DNA of 64,000 nt, counting the filler, from an uncultured Methanoregulaceae archaeon (GTDB lineage: Archaea; Halobacteriota; Methanomicrobia; Methanomicrobiales; Methanospirillaceae): NCBI GenBank assembly GCA_964530035.1. It is 8 parts of 8 records of this genome, joined end to end, with 100 filler letters (N's around TTAATTAATTAA, not from the genome) between each part and the next. Parts side by side here need not be neighbours in the genome. Positions count along the whole stretch, not along the records: positions 26,459 to 35,143 come from CAZGXZ010000110.1; positions 35,244 to 43,918 come from CAZGXZ010000111.1; 6 more parts are not named here. One strand, written 5' to 3'. The notes beneath the pieces were generated by a model. It made no database searches and was not told the origin of the DNA. It saw nothing but the letters and a program-made list of their open reading frames with translations. Positions 33,072 through 43,102 of this stretch are shown here, piece after piece; the first letter of the stretch is position 1, and the number at the start of each line of letters is the position of its first letter. The translations under genes were made by a program, and so were the position numbers.

Positions 33072-35020
33072 AGATCTTCGGTATTGACATTCTTACGGGC
33101 TCGGTCAGGTCACGGACAAAAAGCCCGGTCTATGCTCTTGCCATCGTGGAAGACGGGGTACTGACAGAGACTTCCGAGGTCCGCCTGTTCAGGCTTATCA
33201 GGAGAATTGAGGCTGAGCGCCCGGACATCCTTGCCGTGGACAGTCTTCAGGAGGTTTCAACCGATACCCATGATCTCTTTCAGTTCCTTTCACTGCTGCC
33301 GCCTGCCACCCGCCTTGTCCAGGTGACAGGTGGAGAACGAAAGGAATCCCTTGGAAAAGTTGCAGCCCGGTATAATATGAGTTTCAACCGGTTCGATCCT
33401 CATGCCGAGGCCAGGACGGCCGCTCTTGTTGCATCGCTTGGTGCCGGGTCCGAGGTCATTGCCTATGAAAACAGCAGTGATGTCGTCGTCAGCAGGAACA
33501 GGTCCCCAGGAAAAGGCGGCTGGAGCCAGAACCGGTATGTAAGGAAAATCCACGGTGCCGTACTTACCCGGTCACGGGAAATTGAGATGTCCCTGGTGAA
33601 TGCTGGAATTCGCTATGAAAAAAAGGAAACAAGGGCTTTTGGCGGATGCAGCCGTGTTGCGTTCAGGGTCCAGGTTCCACGCGACCAGGTCCCTTTCGGG
33701 ACCTATCATGGAGCTGATGTCCAGGTCAGGATTGCCGGAAGAAAACTGGATCGGATCCGGTTCAGGCCATTGGCAGGAAAGCTGAAAAACCTTATTGTAG
33801 GGCTCGATCCGGGGACAACTACCGCTATCGCAGCCCTGGATCTTGAAGGAAACCTTGTTCACCTCTCAAGTTCCCGCCAGATGTCCATGTCCGACACGGT
33901 CGAGGTCCTGTGTAAAATCGGGAAGCCTCTTGTCATCGCTTCTGATGTACAGTATATGCCATTCTCGGTGGAGAAGGTCCGGCGCTCCTTCAAAGCTGTT
34001 GCGTTTTCCCCGAAGCAGGATTTGAGTGTCGAGTCCAAGGTTGAAATGGCAGGGCAATATGGCTATGGGAATGATCATGAGCGCGATGCACTTGCCGCCG
34101 CAGTAGAGGCATACCGCCATTACCGGCAGAAGTTCCAGACTATTATCCGGCGGGTACCCCCCGGCCACAACCTCGAGGACATACGGGCAGGGATCATCAA
34201 AGGCCAGTCCCTTGAACAGATAATTACAGAAACAAGGAAAAAGACCGAGGAACCAGCAGCCACCCTCCTTGAACCGGTTCAAAGTACCAGGGCTGATGAC
34301 CGGATACGGCTCCTTGACGGTTCGATGAAACGTCTTCGCCTCTATATCCAGGACCTTCAGGCAGAACTCGGGAAAAAGGAGTATGAGATCACCAGGCTCC
34401 AGCAACGCCTTAGAAGATTACACACGTCCAGGGATGAAAAACTCAGGAAGGACGCCGAGATTGCTACACGCGACGCGATCATTGCCGGCCTGAAAAAAAG
34501 GCTCAGACAGGAGGCAAGGAAGAACCGGAACCTTATGAACAGGATTCGGAAAATGAAGGAGTTGGATGAGGTACAGGTATCGGGCGAGGGGATACCGGTC
34601 AAGGTCATACCGGCCCTCACGAAAGACTCCCTTCGTGTTGTTATAAGAGGTATCGGTCTTACTGAGGGAGATATCCTCCTCGTCGGAAGGGCCGATGGCT
34701 GGGGAGCGAGCAGCATCAGGGACCTTGCAGAAATTCGTCCTCGTGCAGTAGCCTTTCCCGACGAGGTATTCAAGGCTCTCGACAACAGGCTGAAAAACAT
34801 ATTCATGGAGGAAAATATCCCTCTGCTGCCCCAGTCAGGTATAGGCGCGTCTGTTCGTGGCAGTTATGGAATGGCGGATCCCGTGAAGTATGCCTCGGCT
34901 GTCAGGGAGTGGGAGAAGGAGAAACAGAGGTCCGAGAAGGAAGAGCATGCCCGTCTCTTTGAAGACCTCTGGAAGGAATACCGTGCGGAAAGGGGAAAGG
35001 AGGTGCGTAAAACTGGATGA
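33068..35020 (+). CDS. DUF460 protein (RNase H-like fold plus coiled coil)
   Basis: IVGLDPGTT, NDHERDALAAA, long coiled coil. Confidence 0.85.
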   Translation: MKIFGIDILTGSVRSRTKSPVYALAIVEDGVLTETSEVRLFRLIRRIEAERPDILAVDSLQEVSTDTHDLFQFLSLLPPATRLVQVTGGERKESLGKVAARYNMSFNRFDPHAEARTAALVASLGAGSEVIAYENSSDVVVSRNRSPGKGGWSQNRYVRKIHGAVLTRSREIEMSLVNAGIRYEKKETRAFGGCSRVAFRVQVPRDQVPFGTYHGADVQVRIAGRKLDRIRFRPLAGKLKNLIVGLDPGTTTAIAALDLEGNLVHLSSSRQMSMSDTVEVLCKIGKPLVIASDVQYMPFSVEKVRRSFKAVAFSPKQDLSVESKVEMAGQYGYGNDHERDALAAAVEAYRHYRQKFQTIIRRVPPGHNLEDIRAGIIKGQSLEQIITETRKKTEEPAATLLEPVQSTRADDRIRLLDGSMKRLRLYIQDLQAELGKKEYEITRLQQRLRRLHTSRDEKLRKDAEIATRDAIIAGLKKRLRQEARKNRNLMNRIRKMKELDEVQVSGEGIPVKVIPALTKDSLRVVIRGIGLTEGDILLVGRADGWGASSIRDLAEIRPRAVAFPDEVFKALDNRLKNIFMEENIPLLPQSGIGASVRGSYGMADPVKYASAVREWEKEKQRSEKEEHARLFEDLWKEYRAERGKEVRKTG

Positions 35021-35143
35021 GCGGTCTCTTCTTCTGACCGTGGGACACATCATCGGGGAGGACAGGATTCGGGATGATTGTGCCGTGATCCCGTGGAAAG
35101 GTGAATATCTTGTCGCAACGACGGATATGCTCCACAGAAGTAC
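35013..35143 (+). CDS. thiL: Thiamine-monophosphate kinase N-terminus (3'-partial), probable CTG start
   Basis: DERSLL...DDCAVI....LVATTDML; GGAGGTG at 34999-35005. Confidence 0.75.
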
Positions 35144-35243
35144 NNNNNNNNNNNNNNNNNNNNNNNNNNNNNNNNNNNNNNNNNNNNTTAATTAATTAAN
35201 NNNNNNNNNNNNNNNNNNNNNNNNNNNNNNNNNNNNNNNNNNN
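35144..35243. other. Artificial contig linker
   Basis: N + TTAATTAATTAA + N. Confidence 0.98.
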
Positions 35244-35485
35244 TCCTGCTCGGCGGGCGGGTGGTCGAAGGTGAGCCACCGTTTCGTGGCATCGCTCATC
35301 CGGTACGACCGTTGCGGGAGGTCCGCGGGAGCGGTCTTCACCGAGTCGTTGTCAGGGTCGAAGTACGAGACGACCTCTGCCGTTCGGTTTTCAGCCTTCT
35401 TCATCTGCACCGTCCGGATGTACGCGATAATTGCAGCGGCGAGCATGACGAGCAGCTCGACGACCTCTGAGAGTTCAGGGTCCAT
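35244..35485 (-). CDS. Hypothetical protein with N-terminal TM (3'-partial)
   Basis: MDPELSEVVELLVMLAAAIIAY...SYRMSDATKRWL; overlaps the upstream small gene. Confidence 0.7.
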
Positions 35486-35639
35486 GGTGTTGTTCCTTCA
35501 TCCTGGCATGTTCGTCCCGGAGGGCCGCGAACTCGGCGCAGACCACGTCGTACTTCCCGATCTTCTGGTGGACCGAGAAGAGGACGGGGTAGAGCGGGAG
35601 CACCGTCCCGAGGACGACCGCGAGATATTCAGTGTCCAT
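35475..35639 (-). CDS. 54-aa small protein with a hydrophobic N-terminus
   Basis: MDTEYLAVVLGTVLPLYPVLF...; GGAGGG RBS upstream. Confidence 0.65.
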   Translation of the reverse strand: MDTEYLAVVLGTVLPLYPVLFSVHQKIGKYDVVCAEFAALRDEHARMKEQHHGP

Positions 35640-35742
35640 GATGGTCCCTCCCGTCCCGGCCCGGGATGTGAGAAGCGAGTAATCCCTGGACCGGGACGAT
35701 GGAGTGAAAGGGGAAGGGATGTCCCCCCCTTTCAAAGCCCGT

Positions 35743-36246
35743 TCAGGCGAGGTCCGGGATGCCGTCGGCCCAGGTATCGACCGCGGTCCTGATTGCGTCG
35801 TCGGTGTACGACGAGATCCGGACGTTTTCACGGGTGAACGTGACGTTGTACAGTTCCCCGTTGGAGTGGTGACACTTCAGGGTGCAGGAGTAGGACTCGC
35901 CCTCGGTGTCACGGACGGCGGTCCCGCCGATCGCCGTGGCAAGGGCGGTGTTTGCAAGGAGCTCGGTGTTCGCCGCGTTGAACCCGGCGATGGACCCGGC
36001 CTTCGCGGTCGCATTCCCGAGCGTCTTTCCGTCCACGTCCTCGTAGATGACCCGGGCGGTGTAGGTCTCCCGGCTCTTCGAAACGGCGGGCTGTGCCACG
36101 CCGCTCACCTCGTAGGCCGTGCAGCCCCAGGGGTTGGTGTTCACGACGCTGTTCACGAGTGCGTCGAAGTCCGCACTGCTCCCTATGGGAGTGGCGAGCT
36201 TCCGCACGGCGGTCTTCGTGACCGACTGTTCAACAAAGTCTGTCAT
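35743..36246 (-). CDS. 167-aa Ala/Thr-rich hypothetical protein
   Basis: MTDFVEQSVTKTAVR...LKCH.SNGELY.V.F.R..V.ISSY.DDAI...V.TWAD; GC-rich third codon positions; family recalled as multicopy in Methanomicrobiales. Confidence 0.8.
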   Translation of the reverse strand: MTDFVEQSVTKTAVRKLATPIGSSADFDALVNSVVNTNPWGCTAYEVSGVAQPAVSKSRETYTARVIYEDVDGKTLGNATAKAGSIAGFNAANTELLANTALATAIGGTAVRDTEGESYSCTLKCHHSNGELYNVTFTRENVRISSYTDDAIRTAVDTWADGIPDLA

Positions 36247-36708
36247 GTTCTGTTTCCTCTGGCCCGTTCAGGGCCGGAGAAGGGTGCTCCGTCTTTATTT
36301 TAAAAGGATTGGCGGGGGTTCGGATCGGGGGCATATTGTTTGAGGAAACCTGGAAAGGAGTCCTCTGAGGAAGTATGAGAGTGCCGGTGGGACCGATGTC
36401 CATGGTGATGTTTCCTGGGCCCCCTTATGCCGGGACCGTCCAGGCCGGCCGATTGGCTGGGTACTACAGGCCTGGCACGGTCATGCCGGTCCGCTGCCTG
36501 GGAAAATGAGGGAAATGGGACTGACAAGGATTGGCGGGCAGGAGAAAACGAGGGGGAATGAGTACCGGAAAAGGACAGTATGGAGCTGATTCTCAAGCCA
36601 CGGGATTTCTGTACGGTCTGATGGGGGTCATTGGTACCCAACAGGGTTTATAAGGGCAGGGATGAACCCTACAGGACAGGCCTGTTGGACGGGTTGTGAG
36701 GGAGTCTC

Positions 36709-37830
36709 TTGAAGAAAACGGTGTTGAACGTCCCCATTATTGTAATCGCCATCGTATTGCTCTGTGGATCAGTCGCGGCAGACCGCCTGCCAAACCAGAC
36801 CCCTGAAAACCAGGTCTTTACGACTGCATCGTCGGTTGAGGCGATCGGGTCATATTCGGGATCACAGAACCTTCAATGGACGACGGGGTATGATCCGGCA
36901 GGGTCCGCAGGGACACAGACCATGTATGCATATCACGGAACGAGCGTTTCCGTTACTGTTCCCATTTCAGAGTATCCTACCTTTCACTCCCAATTAATCC
37001 AGGCAGGCGGTTGGGATGACGGAGTACCAGGGCCATTTCCCGCTGAACATTATGTCATTCAAAACATGAATGTACCCGCTTCGCTTCTGGATAGCACGTA
37101 CGGGTCAGGCACGTACCGCCAGTTGGGAGAACAACTGGTTGGAGCCGAGGGGTCCCCTGAAATCCTCGAAGGGACTCCTGCCATCCTCGGCCATGGCGGC
37201 CTGCACACCGGGATCCTCGACCCCACCGAGGTCCGTGCGACAACCGCTTACAGTGAAATGTCCGAGACAAATGGTGGCTACGTCTCCGAGACGAAGACAT
37301 TCGACCCCGACACCCGGAACAAGGCGGTGGGACTGTTCAATGTCGAATCAACGAAGACCTTCACCTATGCCACCGACGCGAACACCGGGAGTATCGCCCA
37401 GACCTCCGAGATGATAGCGACCGACAACATGGGTACTCCCACGGCGACCGCTGACGTCGTTGCCTGCCCGTTCGGGCCTTCGCAGAGTGAAATCTACCCG
37501 GCGTTCTGCAATGTGGTATATGCGAAGTCGATGAGCCAGGGGGTGACCTCGGCGGCCCAGTCATCGTCCGCACAGGTCCGGATGGTCGCAGCGAGCGCCG
37601 ATGTCCCGGCTGAACTCAATTATAACTTCGATGTGAAGCCTGATGCCTCCGCAGGTGTCGGGTACGCGATGGGCACCTTCGGGACGGAGTTCGGGGTCTC
37701 GATCAAGGAGGCCCGTGGCGGCAACTGGACGCCCTCTGCGACGCTGGTCTTCACCGATAAGGCGACCGTTTCCGGGATGGTCGCGAAGTTCTCGAAGCAG
37801 TACGCTTCGAAGTCCGGCTTCAGCCTGTAA
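36709..37830 (+). CDS. Sheath protein (Methanospirillum MspA/SH-like) homologue
   Basis: Signal peptide then DRLPNQTPENQ.F, TNGG, C.F...PAFCN.V.AKS, VAA.AD.PAELNY, PDA, EAR and terminal SGF motifs. Confidence 0.8.
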   Translation: MKKTVLNVPIIVIAIVLLCGSVAADRLPNQTPENQVFTTASSVEAIGSYSGSQNLQWTTGYDPAGSAGTQTMYAYHGTSVSVTVPISEYPTFHSQLIQAGGWDDGVPGPFPAEHYVIQNMNVPASLLDSTYGSGTYRQLGEQLVGAEGSPEILEGTPAILGHGGLHTGILDPTEVRATTAYSEMSETNGGYVSETKTFDPDTRNKAVGLFNVESTKTFTYATDANTGSIAQTSEMIATDNMGTPTATADVVACPFGPSQSEIYPAFCNVVYAKSMSQGVTSAAQSSSAQVRMVAASADVPAELNYNFDVKPDASAGVGYAMGTFGTEFGVSIKEARGGNWTPSATLVFTDKATVSGMVAKFSKQYASKSGFSL

Positions 37831-38114
37831 ATCCTGTTCCCTCCTTTTATTTTTGGGATTTCATCCTGTCTCACGGTTTCATTGGCGTGAGAAAGGGCAC
37901 CTTTATGGATGGATCCGAAATGCAGTGCAGAACGTAATGATTCACCAGATGACCTGGTGTTGCCCTTTCAGGCCTGTCCCGGGGGTGGAAAATGGGGATA
38001 AACGGGGATTACAAGAACCGAGGGCAGAGAGGAGGGGGATTATTGATTCGTCTTTTTAGAAAGGTACCTTTTCAGAGGAAGTTGGGAGGTGAAAGAGGAC
38101 CGTTCCCGGCCGGA

Positions 38115-38687
38115 CTACTGAGGTAGACGGTATTTCTCCAGGTCTGTCTCCCGTATCCATGTCCCAAAGACCTGCCGGAATACCTGGACCTGGTCGATGT
38201 ACCACTGGAACTGGGTATTCCAGGTGTCCCGGTCCGTGATATCGATGTACAGTGATACGGAGAGGGCGTAGGCCCCATGCCCGTGCGGGTTGTAGATCGT
38301 GCGGCCCCAGACAAATTCGTCCCCGTACTGCTTCCTGGTCTCATCACCATGGGCCTCCCTGAGGTCATGGGCCCAGGCCTTCGAATACCGGTCAAGCGGC
38401 ATCCAGAGGATGACACTGACCTGCCGGTTGTCCCATTCGAGGTAGGCGGAAAGGTGAATATCGGTCCTGCCTGTTGGGAAGGAGAACAGGTTCTCCACTT
38501 TTGCCGGGTCATTTTCGGTTTCAATCCCGGACCCCGACTCTTTCAGGTACGAGATGAAGGCGTACCAGTATTCGTACCGGAAACCGGCGATATCCGTCAC
38601 ATCCGGGCAACGCTTCCGTACCTTGAAGTCCTTCGGCAGCCCCACGATCTTCACTGACTTCTGCACCACGTTCGGTTTGTCTTCCAT
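38115..38687 (-). CDS. DUF4268-like protein
   Basis: EYW.AF..YL...TG...HLS...FVW...DITDRDTW..QFQW......FRQVF pattern. Confidence 0.65.
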   Translation of the reverse strand: MEDKPNVVQKSVKIVGLPKDFKVRKRCPDVTDIAGFRYEYWYAFISYLKESGSGIETENDPAKVENLFSFPTGRTDIHLSAYLEWDNRQVSVILWMPLDRYSKAWAHDLREAHGDETRKQYGDEFVWGRTIYNPHGHGAYALSVSLYIDITDRDTWNTQFQWYIDQVQVFRQVFGTWIRETDLEKYRLPQ

Positions 38688-38987
38688 CCGGACCTCACGG
38701 TTCTGTTTTGACTGGTTTCCTAAAATAAATTGGCGTAAGGGAGCCTTTGAGGGACAGTTCCAGGTAGCGGTTCCCATCTGGATAATGCATAATGGATGGG
38801 GTATCTTAAAGGCGGTCTTCGCTTTAACTGAAAAGCAGGTATCAGGGTATTTAGGCCCACTGGGTTATCCCTCCCCTTTAACCTTCCTGCTTATTGTCGG
38901 TCTGCTCTACCTGATCAAAGAGGCGCATTCTTCCAGCAACAGGAAATCTGCCGGATTATTAAAATCTATCAACGATAAAGAGCATCT

Positions 38988-40463
38988 ATGGGATTTTTTA
39001 AAAACCTGCTGAAACCGAACATTGTGCGATTGGCTGAAAAAAAGGATATTAATGGCTTAATATCAGCTCTCCACAATTCAGACTGGCATGTCAGGAGTGA
39101 TGCCCAGAACGCCCTGGTTGAAATCGGGGATCCAGCAGTCGACCCATTGCTGTCCGCTCTTGATAGTCCGGATTCTCAGATAAATGCCCTCATCGTTTCT
39201 ATCCTTGGAAGTATGCGTGAACCAAGGGCAGTAGAACCACTCATCACGTTACTCGGAACTGACAATCATTACCTTTTAACTGTGGTGATAGGGGCTCTCG
39301 GAAAAATCGGTGATACCAGGGCAGTAGATCCCCTCATTGATCTTCTTAAGACGTCAAATAGACCGATACAGTTAGAAGTTATCAGTGCCCTGGAAAAAAT
39401 TGGCGATGCCCGTGCAGCAGCACCATTAACCTGTATCGTCAAGAATGAATACCCTTACAGCTGTCACCCTGATGTCCGCAGGAACGCAGCTATTGCACTG
39501 GGAAAACTGTCGGGACCGGTTGCCGTTTTTACATTAAGCTCTGTATTGCATGATTATGATTCGGAAGTGCGACTGGGAGCAGCAAGAGGGCTGAAAGAAA
39601 CCAAAGACCCTCATGCTTTTGACCAGATCATTACCGATCTTAAAAGTCCGGATTATGATACCAGGATGCGGGCAGTAAAGGAATTCCAGGATATTGGGGA
39701 CACGGGGTTTAATGCCCTTTTTCCCCTTCTGAATGATTCTGATGGCTGGATATCGGGGGATGTGGACAAATGGATACAATGGAACAACCGTGCAGATTTA
39801 TCCCGGGACGAGACCGGTTATGCATACATTACTGCAGTACTGCTCTACAACATCTGTACTCGTGATTCAGAAAAAAATAAAGTCCTGCAATTGATGAAAA
39901 GCCTCCTGGACTCAGGTTCTGCTCCAGGTGACGAACAGGTCTCCAGATTAAAGAAAACGGTGCTTGAATCAGATAACCAGGCGTTTCTAACATTTTTTTT
40001 CTGCACTCTTGATGCGTTTTCTGTACGTCTGCCAACCTTTCCGGTCATATGGTCCCCTCTGCTTGAAATTGCACAGCAAAACCATTCAGCTCTCATTTTC
40101 AAGTTTATTGAAAGAGTTGTTTCTGAAGGGAGCACACTCGTAAAAGGGTATCCGCCAGATCCTTTATGGATGAGGGGAATAACAAAACCCCATATTGCTG
40201 GAAGGAAGGAATTTGGATGGGGAGATGACTTATGGATGGGAATTGTATCTTCAGGAGCTGCATTTTTAAGAGACAATATCCAGGTGCTCCCTGAAAACAT
40301 CAGGGAAACGCACCGGACGAATCTTTTCAATACCTGTAACCACATGCTCAAGGAGTGGGAAAAGATGAAAGAAAATAAAAACGAAACCAGGATTTTTAAA
40401 ATCAATGGGCAGATTGCATATTGGAGACTGCTTTCGGGTTATTTCGAACCAACAAAATTTTAA
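38988..40463 (+). CDS. HEAT/PBS-lyase repeat protein
   Basis: KPNI..L..KKD..GLI.AL start; ALG.IGD.RAV.PL repeats. Confidence 0.85.
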   Translation: MGFFKNLLKPNIVRLAEKKDINGLISALHNSDWHVRSDAQNALVEIGDPAVDPLLSALDSPDSQINALIVSILGSMREPRAVEPLITLLGTDNHYLLTVVIGALGKIGDTRAVDPLIDLLKTSNRPIQLEVISALEKIGDARAAAPLTCIVKNEYPYSCHPDVRRNAAIALGKLSGPVAVFTLSSVLHDYDSEVRLGAARGLKETKDPHAFDQIITDLKSPDYDTRMRAVKEFQDIGDTGFNALFPLLNDSDGWISGDVDKWIQWNNRADLSRDETGYAYITAVLLYNICTRDSEKNKVLQLMKSLLDSGSAPGDEQVSRLKKTVLESDNQAFLTFFFCTLDAFSVRLPTFPVIWSPLLEIAQQNHSALIFKFIERVVSEGSTLVKGYPPDPLWMRGITKPHIAGRKEFGWGDDLWMGIVSSGAAFLRDNIQVLPENIRETHRTNLFNTCNHMLKEWEKMKENKNETRIFKINGQIAYWRLLSGYFEPTKF

Positions 40464-40621
40464 AAAGGTCGTCATATGTAGGAGGTCATCGAAAACACGT
40501 TAAAACTAACCTTAACTGGCTATTTCAAAATGTGTTTTGGATAAACCCGAAAAACCCTTGCCTGGCACTATAACATCATGATTGCTGATTTGTGTCTTGT
40601 ATGCGATAAAATAAAATCAAA

Positions 40622-41185
40622 TCATTTTGTTACTTCGAACTCGAGAGAGGTGCAGGAATCGCCACTATTATTTTGTATTTCATTTTTTATCACGGTATAG
40701 AGGGATTTTCCTTTCATGATCTGCCAGTTGGGATAGAAGTCTTTCACCCCACTCGTCTCAGTTGAGTCGAGGTATACCTTGGTCCCTTTCGATGTCATCA
40801 CCAGGTCGAATTTCTTGTCATATCCTGGCTCTTGGAATATGATATAATATTTTCCGGGTTTTGATGTGGTCGTTTTCAAAAGGCTTACTGTTGTAGTTAT
40901 CGTCGAACCGGCCCCAGTTTTCTTTACCGTTACCGGTTTGTAGTAGACAACTGCGGTTCCTGTCTGTTTGAACACCCATACCGCGAACTGGTCAATGTTT
41001 TTGGTTGTGGTGACGGTGAATTTCACCGTATCTGATGTTGAATAGGTTGTCTTGAGATTTTTTGCAGAAATCCACATCGCGGCCTGATTGGGGTCATTTG
41101 TTGTTCGTGCGGTGGTTGTGCCGCAGAAGAAAACCAGGACAAGGATAAACAATAAACATGGTATTATGACTTTTTTGCCAGGCAT
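40622..41185 (-). CDS. Secreted Thr/Lys-rich hypothetical protein
   Basis: Signal peptide; PGKYYIIFQEPG. Confidence 0.7.
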   Translation of the reverse strand: MPGKKVIIPCLLFILVLVFFCGTTTARTTNDPNQAAMWISAKNLKTTYSTSDTVKFTVTTTKNIDQFAVWVFKQTGTAVVYYKPVTVKKTGAGSTITTTVSLLKTTTSKPGKYYIIFQEPGYDKKFDLVMTSKGTKVYLDSTETSGVKDFYPNWQIMKGKSLYTVIKNEIQNNSGDSCTSLEFEVTK

Positions 41186-41351
41186 TAGTGAATGTCGGTT
41201 GCTGGAAAAGATAATATTTTTTAGTGCCTCTTTTTCATACCATCCTGCTTATCCATGCGGTGATTTTCTGGCAGGTCTTTCAGGTATTCCCGTTTTACTG
41301 GTTTAAAAGCACACCTTCTCCGGCATTATTGAAAATGGGATGGTATGGAAT

Positions 41352-42101
41352 TTAAAAACCCTGTCTTGCCACTGCTTTGGTAAATCTGCCATGTCCCTCC
41401 AATGGCAACTCACAATCAGGAGTTAGTTCTGCTGTTTCCGAACCCCCATCACTCCATAATATTACCATGGTGTTGTCATATGGATGAGGTACTTCCCAGG
41501 AACCGTGTCTTGTCAATAGGAATGAATCTCCGTAATAATAATCAAGAGTCCGGTTTGAATAAATCTCCAGATACGAAGCCATGGCAGTACTTGGTGCCAT
41601 TGATTCCCACTTCCCTGGCAAACCACATAACACGGCCTGTTGCGTGCTTTCCGGAACAAGGCATTCTTCCGGGGTCATGGTATCAATTTTCGTGAATGTG
41701 CTATCGACATCCTGGATTGACAGGATACCTTTTTCCAACGCAGGACATTGACTCAGGTCATATACCAGGTAATTGGTTTTGGTCTGCCATCGTTCACCAT
41801 AGACTACATATCGGTTATTGGATGGATCCTGGATCACATCGCCCCTGCTGAATTTTGGTCCGTTGTTCTGGTTTTGCAGCGGAGTGGTACCCGGATTGGC
41901 CACTGGACTTCCGGTTGGCGCAAGAGAGACCTCCTGGTCTTCACGGATCCCTGTAATTGTCGGAACGGCAGTTCCAGGTTTATCTACCCCTGGGGTCAAA
42001 AGAGGATTTTCTGGTGTTTTTTGTGAAATACAACCTGCTAGGATTGCAGTACATCCAATCAGAGCGATCATTGTTAAAAAAACCAGCATCACGCGTTTCA
42101 T
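41352..42101 (-). CDS. Putative lipoprotein
   Basis: Signal with LAGC lipobox, Pro/Thr linker, PKFSRGDVI. Confidence 0.7.
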   Translation of the reverse strand: MKRVMLVFLTMIALIGCTAILAGCISQKTPENPLLTPGVDKPGTAVPTITGIREDQEVSLAPTGSPVANPGTTPLQNQNNGPKFSRGDVIQDPSNNRYVVYGERWQTKTNYLVYDLSQCPALEKGILSIQDVDSTFTKIDTMTPEECLVPESTQQAVLCGLPGKWESMAPSTAMASYLEIYSNRTLDYYYGDSFLLTRHGSWEVPHPYDNTMVILWSDGGSETAELTPDCELPLEGHGRFTKAVARQGF

Positions 42102-42607
42102 TATCCTTCTCTTATGAGGCAGGGCCCGTAAATCATATAGATCTTTCGATTTATGCTTGGATCCCTGTTTTTCAGCAGGATTCGGATTTCAGGAAAGATC
42201 TCCCATAAATCGCAGGAAATATTTACCTTTTGGAATAGTCCACGGCAAGATCCTTCGAACTCCTGTTCAATCGAAAATGTGCCCGTGTGAATTTTGATTA
42301 ATCTCCACAATTCTTCATCCTGATACCTTTTGAGCCATGGAAACGGGAATTTCCGTAACGCTCATGAAGGTCAGTCTAATCCAATCCTAGATCAGAATAA
42401 GGGACCATGCAAACAGGAATACGCATATCTCTCTCGTTCTAGGTACGTTTGCCAAGGAATACCTTGAGAAATGGAACCGTTACACCCGGATGTTCTTCAG
42501 GATAATTCGCTATCATATTGACTTTATGGCGTTCAGACATCTCACCCTGTTTTAACTGGAGTTGAACGAACCTGATACCAAAAAAGAAAATAACCGGTTA
42601 CTCCCCA

Positions 42608-43102
42608 TCAAACCCCGGCAAACAAAGCCACCTTCCTCCGCTTTCCCTCAAGGACAAGCATCAGAATCTTCAAAGGGATGGTATACAGCTTCCCGTCGAT
42701 GACCATGTTCAGTGCCCGGCCGTCGGCATCAGACCGGAGGACAAGGTCGCCCCCGTCCAGGACGGCCCTCCCGACCTTCACGAAGGATGAGGCCTTGTGA
42801 GTCGTCACCACCCACCTGTCCTCGTGATCTCTGTCTTGCAGGATTTCCGGTCCGTTACGTCCCGTTATCGCCCCGGTATCCCCGTCCGGGACAAGGAGGC
42901 CCGTTGGTGGAGATACTGATCCTGGCTCCAGGCCGGGCCCCGGTTCAGGGATCCGGTTCGTGAAACCGGGTGAAACGGTCCGTGGTGCGTCTTCTGTTTG
43001 CTGTCCCGACGGCTGTGACGGTCCTGTCCCCCGGAGAAGGCCCTGAAGCCTGTTGCACAGGGTTGTGATGCCCTCTTCAAAGACCTGCCAGAATTTCCTC
43101 AT
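42608..43102 (-). CDS. Hypothetical protein (element core)
   Basis: GGAGGGAG RBS; C-terminal VGRAVLDGGDLVLRSD...LYTIP...VLEG..RKVALF. Confidence 0.65.
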   Translation of the reverse strand: MRKFWQVFEEGITTLCNRLQGLLRGTGPSQPSGQQTEDAPRTVSPGFTNRIPEPGPGLEPGSVSPPTGLLVPDGDTGAITGRNGPEILQDRDHEDRWVVTTHKASSFVKVGRAVLDGGDLVLRSDADGRALNMVIDGKLYTIPLKILMLVLEGKRRKVALFAGV

